Source: Eledone cirrhosa
Taxonomy: Eukaryota
DNA length: 64,000 nt
Assembly (NCBI GenBank): GCA_964016885.1
Contig: CAXHJY010000514.1
Span: 124,001 to 188,000 of the forward strand
Reading direction: 5' to 3'
Positions 39,435 to 52,700 of this stretch are shown one piece after another (the stretch's first letter is position 1; the number at the start of each line of letters is the position of its first letter). The translations under genes and the position numbers were made by a program. The notes beneath the pieces are model-generated. The model was not told the DNA's origin. It ran no database searches and saw only the letters and a list, made by a program, of their open reading frames with translations.

Positions 39435-41289
39435 GTTTCTACTTTTGGCACAAGGTCAGCAATTAAAAGTAAATACTTTATATTTAAATGAGATGCATCC
39501 ATAGTCCTATGTTGTTGTTTTTTAAGAATGTCTTGCTAATATAGTTTTATTTGGTACAGGTGGTTAAGTGTTAATAACAATAGTTTAGTGTAATGTGTAA
39601 GAGGACTAGGTAGAAAAATATGAGAGGTGAGAGAGAGAGACAGACAGATGGGATGGAGGTGGACGTGGGACAGTACAAACCATCTCTGAACAGCAGTTGT
39701 CATAGCAGTAGAACTATTGTCTAATTCAATTTATTCCTTGCTAGTAATATTTTCTCCTAATTGTATTTTTTGTCAGAATTGAATACTATTATCTCCCAGA
39801 TTTCTTCTATGATAGGATTGGAACTCTTTTCATTAAAATACCAATGAAAACTCCTATGAGATCTAACCTTATCAAGGCCAGCTAAACTTTCAAGGTATGA
39901 GCTATAACAACAAGAACAACAGATACATTTATTAAACTGAAATTCTTGTCAGGTTTCATTTATATTGCTGCCATATTTTGGTGACATCTCTTGTTGGCAG
40001 CATATAATCATTGTAATTTCATGTTGCTTAAGCTTATTTAGGTTTATGACATGTTTTAGATTCACAATGCAATTCCATTAGATTGAAAACGTCTTTTTGT
40101 CTTCTTCTTCCTTGATTTCAGTAGATTCCATTCTATTAACTGCCTGATTTATTGATATACAGCACAATTCATATGTCTTTTCCTTCCTGTGTGTATATAT
40201 ATATATATATGAGAAGTGATGTATGCATAAATATATATGTGATTATATATATACATAAGCATAGGAAATAGAACTAATCTAGGTAAAAACAAATCATCTA
40301 AAATATGCAAAATATTTTAACCAAATGAGAGGACTTCTATGGAGTTGCTCTACCTGCAAGAAATAGCCATAACATTACCCTCTAAAAAGCCATTACCATT
40401 TTAAAATGAAAGGATGCATTGTATTGTATATTTATAGATACACCACATCTGAATAAAAGATGGGATCATTACAGGTGGAACACACATAAACATAGGTCTG
40501 CTCGATCATGACGAACCTGGGGCTAAACAACAAGCTGAACTACAATGATATCTAGAACTCTAGACTATACATAATGTAACCCTTTTCTTCAAACAGTGAC
40601 CTAGATGTTAAATGTTTCAAAGCATACTGTCTGATGTGTACTGTACTACTAATCAGTGAAGTATGTGAAGGAAATTGTCAAGAACAGTGGTCATGGAAAC
40701 AGTGATAAAAAGTGTCTAAGAATGATAGTTTCATGGTAATATAGTGTCTATGAATAATCGGTTTTCATTTTACTTTCACTACAAAGAAGAAAAACAAGGA
40801 AAAAACCTTATTGTCTTTTGATTTATGATGGAACAATGAAAAAAAAAAAGAAGTTATTTTTGTAAAAATAAGTCTGTTTATGTGAAACTATTTCTTCATA
40901 ATTCTTTCCATTTATTTGAAGTGGCTACAACTGAAGAAATACAGATAAACTTCAGAGTAGAGTACAATTGAGGGTTTTATCTATTTTTGTTTGGTCTTGG
41001 TTTCTGATGATAAATGTTATTTGTAAAGAAACATGTAAAGTGCCTGTATATTAGAATTGGTTGTGTAGAATATGAAGTTATTTTTGTTGAAACATCAAGT
41101 TTCAACAGTTGCAGATTAATCAAGATGTATCATATTTCAGAGTTGTCTAATACTTTGCAGTTTTGTTTTTTTCAACAGTTGGATAACTGTTATTATTGTA
41201 ACCAGAATAGACACAGAAGTAGTACTATATTAAAGAAGTTACAAACAGTTTATATTTCTGAAGAGGGGTGTCAGAAATTGAGAGAGTTT

Positions 41290-41725
41290 TCTTCTTCTTT
41301 GTCCAGATAGTCCTGGGATGGTCATGGATGCAGAGTCTTCAACCAGTCCTTCAAGCATGACAGGCTCCAATTGATCTGGCTGGATCCCCAAGTGAGAACA
41401 TCCAGTCTCATAGATGTTATCCAACCATCCTGCTGGTTGGTTTTACTCATAGATTCTGTCCAGCAATTATTTTCTTAGGCATTCTAACCATATGCCCATA
41501 GTATCGAAGCTATGATCTCTGAATTCAGAGAAGTAGTGGCTTTTCCTTGAGTGATTCTCTGAGCTACACCCTCTACTGAATATCTTCACTTCAGAGACCT
41601 TTTGAAGGAACCCCATTTTGGTCACTTGTAATTTGCTATCATATTCTTTACCCAAGATGACGAATACTAAATTGAAGAGAGCTAGTTTAGCTTTTACACC
41701 TACCTCCCTTCTGATTACCAAAACC
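41290..41725 (-). mobile_element. Old RTE-clade LINE 3' fragment (different subfamily)
   Basis: Remnants KAKLALFN, KLQVTKMGFLQKV, LRYYGHMVRMP, WLDNI. Confidence 0.65.
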
Positions 41726-41835
41726 TGCTAGGGAGAGTACCAAGCTAAATGCTGAGTTAAAATGCTATCAAAGTCAAATATATCTTGCTTCTGCTTGAAA
41801 TAGATAACATATGTATGAAAAATGATACATACATA

Positions 41836-43443
41836 GATTTTTCTTTTGGTCGTTTTGGAAGCCTCAACAATGCAGATGGGTAATTCTCCGGGTAACAGGA
41901 TCCGGTGGTGAAGAGAGAGATGTAAGGGAATGTAGTATGAGATGTATAGTGTGTAGAGGAACGTAGGAAAGAGCATAAAAAATAAAAGTAATAATACGAG
42001 ATAATAACAAAAATAATAATACAAGACCTTGGGAGAGATTTAATTGTGCCTATATTTCAGATTCGCATCCATCAACTAGGGGGTTTTCCGAGGGGGGGAA
42101 TGTTATCTGTCAGAGAGGGACGGTACGTGTCCTCTGCTGTTTGCTGTTCGTAACTAACTGAGGTATTCTGCAGAGCGCACATGCACGCAGAATAAGTGCG
42201 GTCAAGCAAAGGTCGACGGTCGAAGTAGTTCATTAATTATGGGAGTGGAATGCCGTTAGCTGTCAATCAATTGTACTATATATCTGTGCTGGTTTTAGGT
42301 ACTAGCAGTGTAGTATATTCGTATGGTAGTAGTAGTCTGCCTGGTTGGTAGATGGTGGGTACATCACGAACGAAATCACGCAAATTAAAAACAGATGCAG
42401 CAATCCCGTAAGTGGTGTCACCCACACCAAGCAATTCCTCAAAGTGCTGGAGACGAACGGGTACCCTGCCTCGCTCGCAAACAGAGTAAGAGACACCAGA
42501 TGCAAGAGGCAGAGAAACACCCAAGGCAAGTGCTTCCTGAAAATACCACCAACGCTATCCGCAGGGTTATACGGAGAGAGGGCTTCAACATCCACCTGGC
42601 CCACTCGGATCAAGGAGCACATCAACACCAGGGCCTAGTCTTTCCGGAAACACATAACCAAATGCAGAAACAAAAATGGAAGGCCCATTGTCACAGTGCT
42701 AGCGACAGAACATAACGTCGGCACGTTACAAATCAAGGAAGCACTTTGGATCAAACGCCTAGGGCCACAAATAAATAACCGATCCGAGAGAAGCTAAATG
42801 AGGTGGTTGGTGTAAATAAACGAGACAACAATACACGCACACTCACACACACACAGTAGCATTCGAAAGATTATTATTGTGTGTGTAGCACAGCCACCAT
42901 CCACCGACCAGGCAGACTACTACTACCATACGAATATACTACACTGCTAGTACCTAAAACCAGCACAGATATATAGTACATTGGATTGACAGCTAACACC
43001 ATCCCAGTCCCACAATTATGGAACTACTTCGACCGTCGACCTTTGCTTGACCGCACTTATTACGTCCGCACGCGCGCTCTGCAGAATACCTCAGTTAGTC
43101 ACGAACAGCAAACAGCAGAGGACATGTACCGTTCTTCTACGACAGATAACGTCCCCCCCCCCCACCGGAAAAAACCCCAGTTGATGGATGCGAATCTGAA
43201 ATATAGGGACGATTAAATCTCTCCCAAGGTAATTCTATCTCGTGATATTATTTTTTTTTACGCTCTTTCCTACGTTCCTCTACACACTATACATCTCATT
43301 CTCTATTCCCTTACATCTTTCTCTTCACCACCGGATTCTGTTACCCGGAGAATTACCCATCTGCATTGTTGAGGCTTCCAAAACGTCCAAAAGAAAATAA
43401 ATCTTATTATTCCACAATGCTTCAAGCAAACTTCAATACTCTC
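41836..43443 (+). mobile_element. Penelope-like element: inverted pLTR + RT-thumb/GIY-YIG fragment + pLTR + tail, 13-bp TSD
   Basis: Arms 41836-42358 and 42894-43404 are reverse complements. The centre encodes FLKVLETNGYP, TRIKEH and LQIKEALWIKRLGPQINNR. TSD tgatacatacata at 41823-41835 and 43444-43456. Confidence 0.88.
42360..42797 (+). pseudogene. Penelope RT C-terminus / GIY-YIG endonuclease remnant (frameshifted, internally deleted)
   Basis: NGYP thumb motif; the R-x2-EH and E-A-L-x-I...P-x-I-N helices of GIY-YIG are present; the GIY/YIG strands are absent (junction ~42605). Confidence 0.8.
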
Positions 43444-43814
43444 TGATACATACATATTTGTAACTTCGAGGCCAATGTAAGAAATCCTCCTCCACATCCT
43501 CATCATCATTATCCTTATTCAAGGTGAAATTGCAGAATTGGTGGGCCAATGAACAAAATGAATTGTGAAATTTATTATAATTTCTTTTCATCGCTGGTTT
43601 TAACCCTTTCAAAGTTGAATTTACTTATCATTTTTCTATGGTCAGTAAAATAAAATATCAGTGAAGTATAGGGACCAATTAAATTGACTATATCATTATC
43701 ATCATCATGTTACATCTGCTTTTCCTTTAAATTTATGTCCTTGTGCTTATGTAAGGAATAAAGTGTAAAATGGAGTGAATCATGCTCAGCATCACCTTAC
43801 TGGAAGAGCAACGC

Positions 43815-44540
43815 CTTTACATCCATTTTTGCATGCTAGCATGTGTTGGATGAGTCTTTTCCAGCAGAGCCTCCTTCCACTCATTGCAGTCCTTTATCAT
43901 CCTCTCTATGAGCTTCAATCGTTTGAGATCAGCTCTTATTATCTCTGTCCAGGTTAAGGGCAGTGGATTGGCAGTACGGTAGAGGGCCGGACGCCATGCT
44001 TTGCAGCATAGAGTTACGGTCCTTTATGATCTGAGTTCAAATCCTGCTGAGGTTAACTTTGCCTTTCATCCTTACGGGGTCGATAAAATAAAGTACCAGT
44101 CACGCACTGGGGTAGATTTAATCGACTTTCCCCTCTGCCAAAATCGCTGGCCTTGTGCCTATATAAGAAACAATTATCTCTGTCCAGGTTTTCTTTGGTC
44201 TTCCTCTGTTGCAGCTTCTTTCCATTGGGATTCATTGCACCTCTTCACCCAACAATCATCATTAATGAACATCACATGTCCATACCAACACAGTCTTCTC
44301 TTCTGCACACTACATCTTATTCTACTTATACCCAGCTTTTATCTTAGCTCATCTATGTTTCGTTATTCATGCACATAATTAATGTACATCCATTGGAGCA
44401 AGCTTGCTTCATATCTCTCTAGACTTTGCATATCCTCTGCATTCATTTTTCATGTATCATTGCCATAAAACACCACACTTCACACACAGACATCATACAG
44501 CCAACCTTTCTTTTGTAGAGAAATATTTTGTTGTCAAAAA
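43815..44540 (-). mobile_element. RTE 3' fragment interrupted by a SINE
   Basis: RTE 3' similarity on both sides of the SINE (acatcacatgtccatacc, cttatacccag). Confidence 0.8.
43956..44172 (+). mobile_element. SINE with 18-bp TSD
   Basis: TSD attatctctgtccaggtt at 43938-43955 and 44173-44190. Confidence 0.92.
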
Positions 44541-46922
44541 AGTAGTAGTTCCATAAAAACTTCATCATAATTTTATTTAAGATACCTTTGTTAAGTATTG
44601 TTTCAAATATCAGCTTACTAATGAGAAGATTAGTTATTTCATTAAATTCTCCAAATTGTCAAAATTAATTGATACACATAGGCAGTGTATTTCATTAGAA
44701 ATATGGTTAAAAGTGGGTTAAACAATTGTTTCAATACAGTTTAACACTTCTTCCAACATGGAAATGTACGTATTGCTAAGAATTATTTGTTACTGGGTGT
44801 TTTTGCTAGACATTTAACGAAATGTAATTTACAGTATGTGAATTACAGACTAATCAGTATAATAGAGTAAAATATCTAAGTTATTTTAGTAACATTTGCA
44901 TTTCTAGAACTGATCTTTGGTAATTTAGCATACTATTGAAATAAAGTCTGATAACAGAAGAAAGGAGCATTTAAGATTTCACCAAATTATTGGTCTGTTT
45001 TTACAATAAAATCATTAGTTATAAAGTAATTAGTGCAAATGTTAATATTTTAAACACTTTTTAAAAGAACAGCTTCATAATATGGCTGCTATTAGAAATT
45101 GAATGCAATCATATTATATTTTATTTTTACTTTCTTTATTATCATGTTGAGAGTTGATTTTAACAAAGGTTTGCTTTAAGTATGAGACTTGATGCAAATA
45201 TCTAAGTAATTTGAATATTTATCGCCATGATTCCCATGAGTGTGATATAGATATTTATGAGTAGTTTATATAGAATAATTTCCTCAACCTTGAAATAGAT
45301 TTATAAGAAAATTATGGTGTGGCATCACCATTGGTATCAGAACTATTCAAGATTTTATATTTATTGTGAGTGAACTTTACTAAGTGCAACAGCTGCTGAC
45401 ATCAACTACATAGACTGCTGAAATGCCAAATTTTATTTATTATCTGTGTGATATATGGAACATGGAAACAATGCTTCATTTGCAACTTTCATGATGACAA
45501 CTGTTAAAGGGAAGCAGCAGAGTCAGTGGAACAAACTATACAATATCAGATAGATCAATCATTTCTAGGTCAATTAAACAAAAGTAATACTTGTGTTTAA
45601 TAATTTCAACACAGCAAACACTGTACTGATTCTACAACATAAAGTGTTTTAAAGCGTTTATATTTATCTAAAAACCTTCCATCATAATTTTATGTGAAGA
45701 CATTTGTTAAATTATGTTCCAAATACCAGCTTAATAATAGTTATATTATTTAATAATATAATAGTCATATCGTCATAAAACCTTCCTTTTTTTTTCCCCA
45801 TTTTCCCATTCTTAATCATAATAACTTTTTCTAACATCAGCACAAGGCCAGCTTTTCAGGGGAGGAGAAAGTCAACTTGTATCAACTTACTACTTAACTC
45901 ATACTTTATTTTATCAACTGGAAGTATGAAAGGCCAAGTTGACTCTGGTGGGATAATAATGTCTTTAATATAAGCATAAGGCGCGTAGTTTGGGAGAGGG
46001 ATTAATTGACGCCAGCACATTACTGGTGCTCTCATTTTATCAACTCTGGAATTATGAAAAATCAAGCTTGATCTCAATAGGGTTTGAACTCAGACTGTAA
46101 AGAATATAAAGAATTAGAACATTTAATGCATTTTTTGACACATTAACAATTTTACCAAATGGTTTCTAAGATATTTTTTTATCCCTTATTCATTTATTTA
46201 GAAATAATTAAATTATTTTTAATGACACATCTTTTCTCAAATGTGACTATAACTAGTATTTCACCAGGTTTATTATGAAATACTATTATGCTTTTAGGCT
46301 TAAATATTCTTATATCAATTATGATTATCAACAGCACTAACATAGTAGGATTCATAATAAAGTTGGATATAAAAGTATATATAATATATGTTTATGTATA
46401 AGAAACATACATAAAGCTCGCTATTAGTATTTTAAGCTATGGTCATATCACAGCTATTTCCGTTACCTTAAGGTGTATAAAACAGGAAAAATGAATAGAA
46501 CCAATTGTCAGATCAAACTGAACAAACAATGTTTGCATTGGTCATTTCATTGCTAATACTATCTGATGGTTGTAACTTTTGGCAGAGAAGATATAAAATG
46601 TTAATATCATCATCATCATCATCATTGTTTTAATAAATGTGTTTCCTACTAACATGAATTTGACATGTCTACATAGAACAAGTCAGTACTAAAGCAGGGT
46701 TACTGATTTCTCAGACATCTGTTGTTTTGATTATTTATGGTTTCATGTTCTACTGAGTGCACAGGAGAAGTTGTCATGTCTTTGACATAGCTGAGGGTCC
46801 TCCCAAAATATAAAAAAATGTATCACACAATATATTGTTTTCTTTCATAGGAACAAAGCTTTGAATTTTAGGGAATAAAACATTTGATTGTATCGACTCC
46901 AGTTCCTATTATTATTGACCAC

Positions 46923-47100
46923 TAGGGCGGTGGACAGACAGTATCAGTAGAGAGTCAGACATCATGCTTTGCAGCATAGAGTTACGGCCCTTTACAGTCT
47001 GAGTTCAAATCACACCGAGGTTAATTTTGCCTTTCATCCTTACAGGGTCGATAAAATAAAGTACCTGCAATACACTGGCCTTGTGCCAAAAGTAGAAACA
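46923..47100 (+). mobile_element. SINE nested antiparallel in an older SINE (~46840-47230), 15-bp TSD
   Basis: TSD attattattgaccac at 46908-46922 and 47101-47115. Confidence 0.88.
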
Positions 47101-47384
47101 ATTATTATTGACCACCAGAGGGATAAATGACAGAGTTGATCTCGGTAGTATTTGAAATTAATAAAGAGCTGGAATAAATATTACAAGTAATTTTACCTAG
47201 TGTACTAATGATTCTACCAATCTAATGCCAATCTACAGCCAAATTAATTAGCCATTAGTATTATAGCAATTTGCTAAGTTAATACTGGGAGTCTGTGACC
47301 TAAGTTCTAAATTTCAAGTATTTTACTAAAAATATAATATGCTCATGTTATTGAATATCTATTTTTCTGCAAGTTTAATCACAT

Positions 47385-47565
47385 CTCAGCGAATTGGTAG
47401 AGATTTGGATAACATGCTTCATGGCATAGTTATGAGCCTTTACGTACTGAGGTTAGCTTTGCCTTTCATCTTTACAGTGTCAATGAAATAAAGTACCAGT
47501 AATGCACTGGAGTTGATGTAATCAAAATCCTGGTATTGTGCCTATAGTAGAAACAATTATTATTA
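47385..47565 (+). mobile_element. Diverged SINE
   Basis: ctttgcctttcat...aataaagtaccagtaatgcactgg...tgtgcctatagtagaaacaattatt. Confidence 0.8.
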
Positions 47566-49439
47566 TTATTCCTGTATAACAGTCTGTGCATTTAAAACAA
47601 TAAATACTACATGAAGTAAAATTAGACACAAAAATACAAAATTATTCAAACATCCCACCCAACCCCTGCAAAATACAAAATGAAATAAAATAAAATAACA
47701 TAGTACATAATGAAATAAATAAATATTAAAACAAAAAAAATATAATTTAGAAAATAAGTATAAAAATAATGGTTTCTTATTTAGGCACAAGGCCAACAAT
47801 TTTGGGGAAGGGAAAGTCAATTAAATCAACTCCAGTGCAGTACTGTTGCTTTATTTTATCGACCTAGTATGGATGGAAAGCAAAGCTAACCTTGGCAAGA
47901 TTTCAACTCAGGACATACTGAAGATTATTTCTACTCAAAGTCTACTTATACTGGAGGATGCTAGAAAAGTTCATTTAAATAATGGGATCCTTGGTGAGGA
48001 AAAGGTTGGGAACCATTCTTCCCAATATATATGCACAAACCTGCAAATTTTGCCATTAGTGTGTAGTTGACCCTAGAAATTAAATAGTAAAGTTAACACT
48101 AGTCGAATTTGAACTCTTTAAAGGGATGTAAATAAATAGTACAAGGTATTTTGTCTGCCAATCTTTTGATTCTGTCAATCATTACAATGAACTCATGACT
48201 TTTCATATCATTATATACATTGTCTTCAACCTCCCATTCACTTACACTTCACTATAATGTTAATACATCAGACTTTTGGCTTTAGGAGGTCTGTTGATTT
48301 AAATTTGATATTCTATAAATCTTTAACCACTTTCAAGCTATTCCTGTTATAGTAAAATTTCTTTTGTGAAACATTAAGAAAAGGAAAGAAAAATATTTCA
48401 ATATTTCATTGCAGCATTGCTAAAGTTTTAATGGCTAATAAAACTAGATTTGTTGCTAAATTTTAAAATTCCAAATGAATTCACTTAAACACAGCCCCCT
48501 GTTGGTTGTAAGCTTAAATTCTCAATTTTTGACTTCTTCACATCAATGTATATCGCATAAATGTATAAATGTGAAGAGTAGCTGGAAGCATAACATTCTA
48601 AATGGAAAAAAAATGAGAATTTTTTTTTTAAAGAAAACTAAGTTCACTCTATTTTCTTTTATTGTAATATCACTATCATTCAGATAGGAATAAACTACTT
48701 TCAGTAAGAAGACAGAAAATGATAATGCAAATGTTCAATATGTACACTCAATACTTGACAAGATCAGTCTTGTAAGCAAATTAAATATATTTTAGATAAA
48801 ATGTTAATCAATAATTCTTTTACATCTCCTGAAATACAGAAATATTGTATTGATTATTTGAATAAGCAAAGAAAATAAATAAAAAGAAAACAACACGAAA
48901 AGGAGAAAATATTCTTCCCTCTCCTTTTTGAAAAAAAGTAAAATAAAATAAAATAAAAGTAAATAAATAAAATAAGATAGAAAGAGATGATCTATAAAGG
49001 TGAGATATATTTTATCTCTTAGTATCGTTTGTGTGAGACTTTTGGTATGAAGCAACAGCTGAAAGAATCATTCTGTAGTATTTAATATTTTGTCTGCAGC
49101 ATTGCTAATAGAGAAAAACATTACTTATACATAATAATATACTGTATAACATTTTACTGAGTGGTTTCTTCCCCTCACCGCATCATATTATCTGTCATGA
49201 TAGACAGTCGAATTCATTAGTTTTGGTAGAGTACTGAAAAGTTTGAAATATTAAACAATTATAGCCAATGGGGTATGATGTTCATAAATGATAAATTACC
49301 TTAGTAACGAGGAAAAAATTATATTCAGTGATTAGTTGCAGACATTGGGAATTATACTGTAGCTTTTGGGGGTTTGGGGTTTCTTCTCAAGTTTACCATT
49401 TCTATCAAAATATCATCATCAATTGATTACAAGAAAGAA

Positions 49440-49760
49440 TTTGTCTTGGATGCCACATGATGTGACACCTTCTCTAGCAGCAACCTGATGCGTTCAGCTA
49501 ATAGCCCAGGCTTTGCTGCCCATCAGGCCAAAGAGTGTAAACTGTTAAAGTATTGGCTGCTATCTGATAGGTTTGTGGTCGAGTCTGTGGCAGAGGAGAC
49601 TTCCGACAAATGGCTCCCAGACCAAATCACTGCTCATACTATATGAACAAAACAATCTACCTGCAAGTGAGATGGAATGGTTGTTCGAGCATGTCTCCTG
49701 CATCATCCTCTTAGGCAAAGTCTTCTCCATCCTGTTGGCTGGAACCACGAGGTGGACTGT
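49440..49760 (+). mobile_element. CRE-like RLE fragment (third copy)
   Basis: gcagcaacctg...gaatggttgttcgagcatgtctcc...ggcaaagtcttctccatcctg, similar to 20660-20940. Confidence 0.65.
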
Positions 49761-52700
49761 CTCCTAAATTTATTTTATGGTGATGGCATGTGGAATAGAT
49801 TACCTACCAGAAAAAAAAGTTATTGTAAAGGAATTTATTTTAATTTGTTCCTATAAGTATTTGTTTTCATAAGCATTTGTTTCTCTAAGTATAACTATTT
49901 ATAAGTACAAGAATTTGTTTAATTGATGGATGTAGTACAACATTCTGAATATTCATTATGGTAACATTTTGATTAAAACATTGAATTTCTAAACAAATAA
50001 AAAATGTTTTCCAAATGTTTTCTAGAAATATTTCCGGTTATTAAGAAAATTGTTTATTTATCATCAGATAACTTTTAATTATTAAAAAAAATAAATTATT
50101 GCTGGTTTGTTGCTTTAGGTGATATATTTCACAAATGATTCTTTGCAACCAAACGAAGTAACCCACACATGAACATTTGACCTGCTAGAAATAGCAGCTA
50201 AATCTTATTCAGATCACACACTGTTATCTTCACAAAATGGAAGGGTATACTCAATAATGTAGTGATAAATTGCCTAAAACGGTAGTATAATTGGAAGGCT
50301 AAACAACAAATATTTCTTTATCATCATAATCATCATTGTCATTTTTATGTCAGTTTTCCATGTTGGCATGAGCTGGATGAGACTTTTTTTAGGCAATATT
50401 CTTTGGCATGCTATTCATCTTGACACCAAACATGACATGGTTTTAAGTATAATACCGATGAAACTGCTGAGTTGTAGGTCATTATCAAATGCCACCCAAC
50501 CAGCATCAGTGTAAAGTATGGAAACACACACAACTAGGCTTCCACACAGTTCTCACCTACTAAATTGATTCAGAAGTTCTGTTTCTTGGCCCAAAACTTT
50601 AGTAAATACTTCCCAAAAACTGCCACACAGTGATTCAATCTCGAACTTCATAGCTGCTAAGGGAAATCCTTAAACAAATGTCCCATGCTTACACCTATCA
50701 TCTTCTCGGAAAAACAATAAAATTTTCATTTATGAGGTTTAAATCTCGTGAAAGAAAGGCTGATAAGAATGATCATAGTATTCAGCAGCATGTCAGCATT
50801 TATAATATATATTGATTCATATATTTGACTTCAGTTTTGTCTTTTAAAGATTTGATCATTGTAATATACAATTTTAGCATAAATTAGCAACCATAAAAAC
50901 AAATGTATAAACCTTGTAAATGTGAATAAATCATATCTATTGATATTTTTCTCAAGATCATAAAAAAGCCAACTATTATCAATGTTCATTGACATTTAGA
51001 TAAAATGTGTGCATTAAACTAAGTCTATATTGATTGGGGTATTTCAATTTGTTTAGGACATGATAAATGAATGGTTAGTATGAGAAAAAGTCTTCACATC
51101 TGTGATGAAAGTAATAAAACAATACAATGTAGTTTGTATGAAATACTATAGATGGTAAGGTAGGTCTGTAAAATAGCTGTATGAAGAGTAAAGCTGATAA
51201 AAGTGGTAAATACATACAATATGTATAGCTTATAGGCGGTGAGTTGGCAAAGTCTCTGTGTTCAAATCCCATGGAGGTCAACTTGGCCTCTTATCCATCA
51301 AGATTGATAAAAGAAGTACCAGTCTAGTACTGGTGTCGATTCTTCCTCTATATCTTTTTCATTCTCTCATTCTCTCTATCCTTCTCAGGCAGAAATCTGT
51401 TGTATTCAGACCCGGAGAAGAGATGAACTCTGCCAAATTAAAAAAAATGTCCTAAAAATCTTGTATAATGCTGTATACAGCGCCCCAAGACTCCCTTGGG
51501 GGTTAGAGGACCATACATTTTATATTGCTTAGATGGCTCTAACAAGCCCTTCCTTTACATTCAGCTTTCTTAGCAGTCAGCAGAATAGAGAGTGCAAAAT
51601 TCTCTTCAAAGCTTTCTCTCAGTCAACAAATGTTAGGTACAGTGCTTTGTCTTAGACTAAGAACGTTTCTTGTTGTTGCTTTACTAAAATAAACATATTG
51701 GTCGTTCCTGTCCTGGCACAACCCTGAAAATCTGGCAGCCGATTTGAGGAAGGCACTCCATGAGTGGGGGTGTCTGTTGCATTAGGTGTCTCTGGCCTTT
51801 CTCTGGTAAAGCCTTTGCCATTTAGTCCACAGGGTGTGACTGAGGCACTGCTCAGACTGGTGTCCCTTTCCTTTGCTGCTTGATTCTTTTTTTTTTTCCT
51901 TTTCATTTCGTTTTTTTTTTCTCTTAAATAGTGTGTTTTTTTGTATAAACAACTTTGTAAAATAAAATGACTTTTTGTATCTACTTCAACAATAATAAAG
52001 CAAAATAACCTGAACTGACACTCATCTAAACTAATGTGTAACTGTCAATTTGAATAGCTAGTTCATCAGTTTTGTCTACTTGGTGTAGTTTCCCTTTCTT
52101 TTATGCATCTGCCACATTTAACAATGTCTTGTAGTAACTTTCAAAATCTTAGTGAGGAGGACGGACCACTTTTACTATTATGCATATACTTTTCACTGGT
52201 AGCAGCCTGATTCATGCTGACAAATTGCTTTCCAATTTGAAACACTCCTACTTTTAGCTTTTAACTTTGCAAAGTGTATCTGGTTTCTAGCTTTTTTCAA
52301 GCACCCACCTTTCCGCCATTGTTCTGATGGCTAACTTTTAACCATTATCAATCTATCTGCTAAACCAGTCCACCACCAATTCACCTTCCTCTGGGCTAGA
52401 ACCTTGTTCCATTCACAGTCATGCTCTGTAACTCACAACAGTTTCTTTCATAGAAACTCAGTTGTTTTCTATAATTCGCTGTCTCCTCCAGCTCACCATA
52501 CAAGTCACTTAGGAGTTTAATGAAAAAATGTTTGTTTTTTCTGATATTGCAGCTTGCATATAATGTCATAATACAGGATATTGTCATGCCCTTCTCCCCT
52601 TCAACGCACACACACACACAGACAAACACACACACATATTTATCTGTCTTGCAGCATCAGTTTTACTAAAGCTATTTGTCACAGACAATTGCTCATACTG

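Noticed and set aside
43175-43208. SECIS element, as in Naiad PLEs
   Set aside because: Too short for the SECIS helix and lacks the apical AA geometry; the endonuclease here is C-terminal, unlike Naiads.
48690-48960. Minus-strand splice acceptor (tttctgtatttcag|, exon from 48828)
   Set aside because: All frames close within ~22 codons and no partner exon was identified; such motifs are common in T-rich DNA.
51652-51906. 84-aa S/T/P-rich ORF
   Set aside because: Starts in a poly-A run; no recognisable domain and no supporting splice signals.
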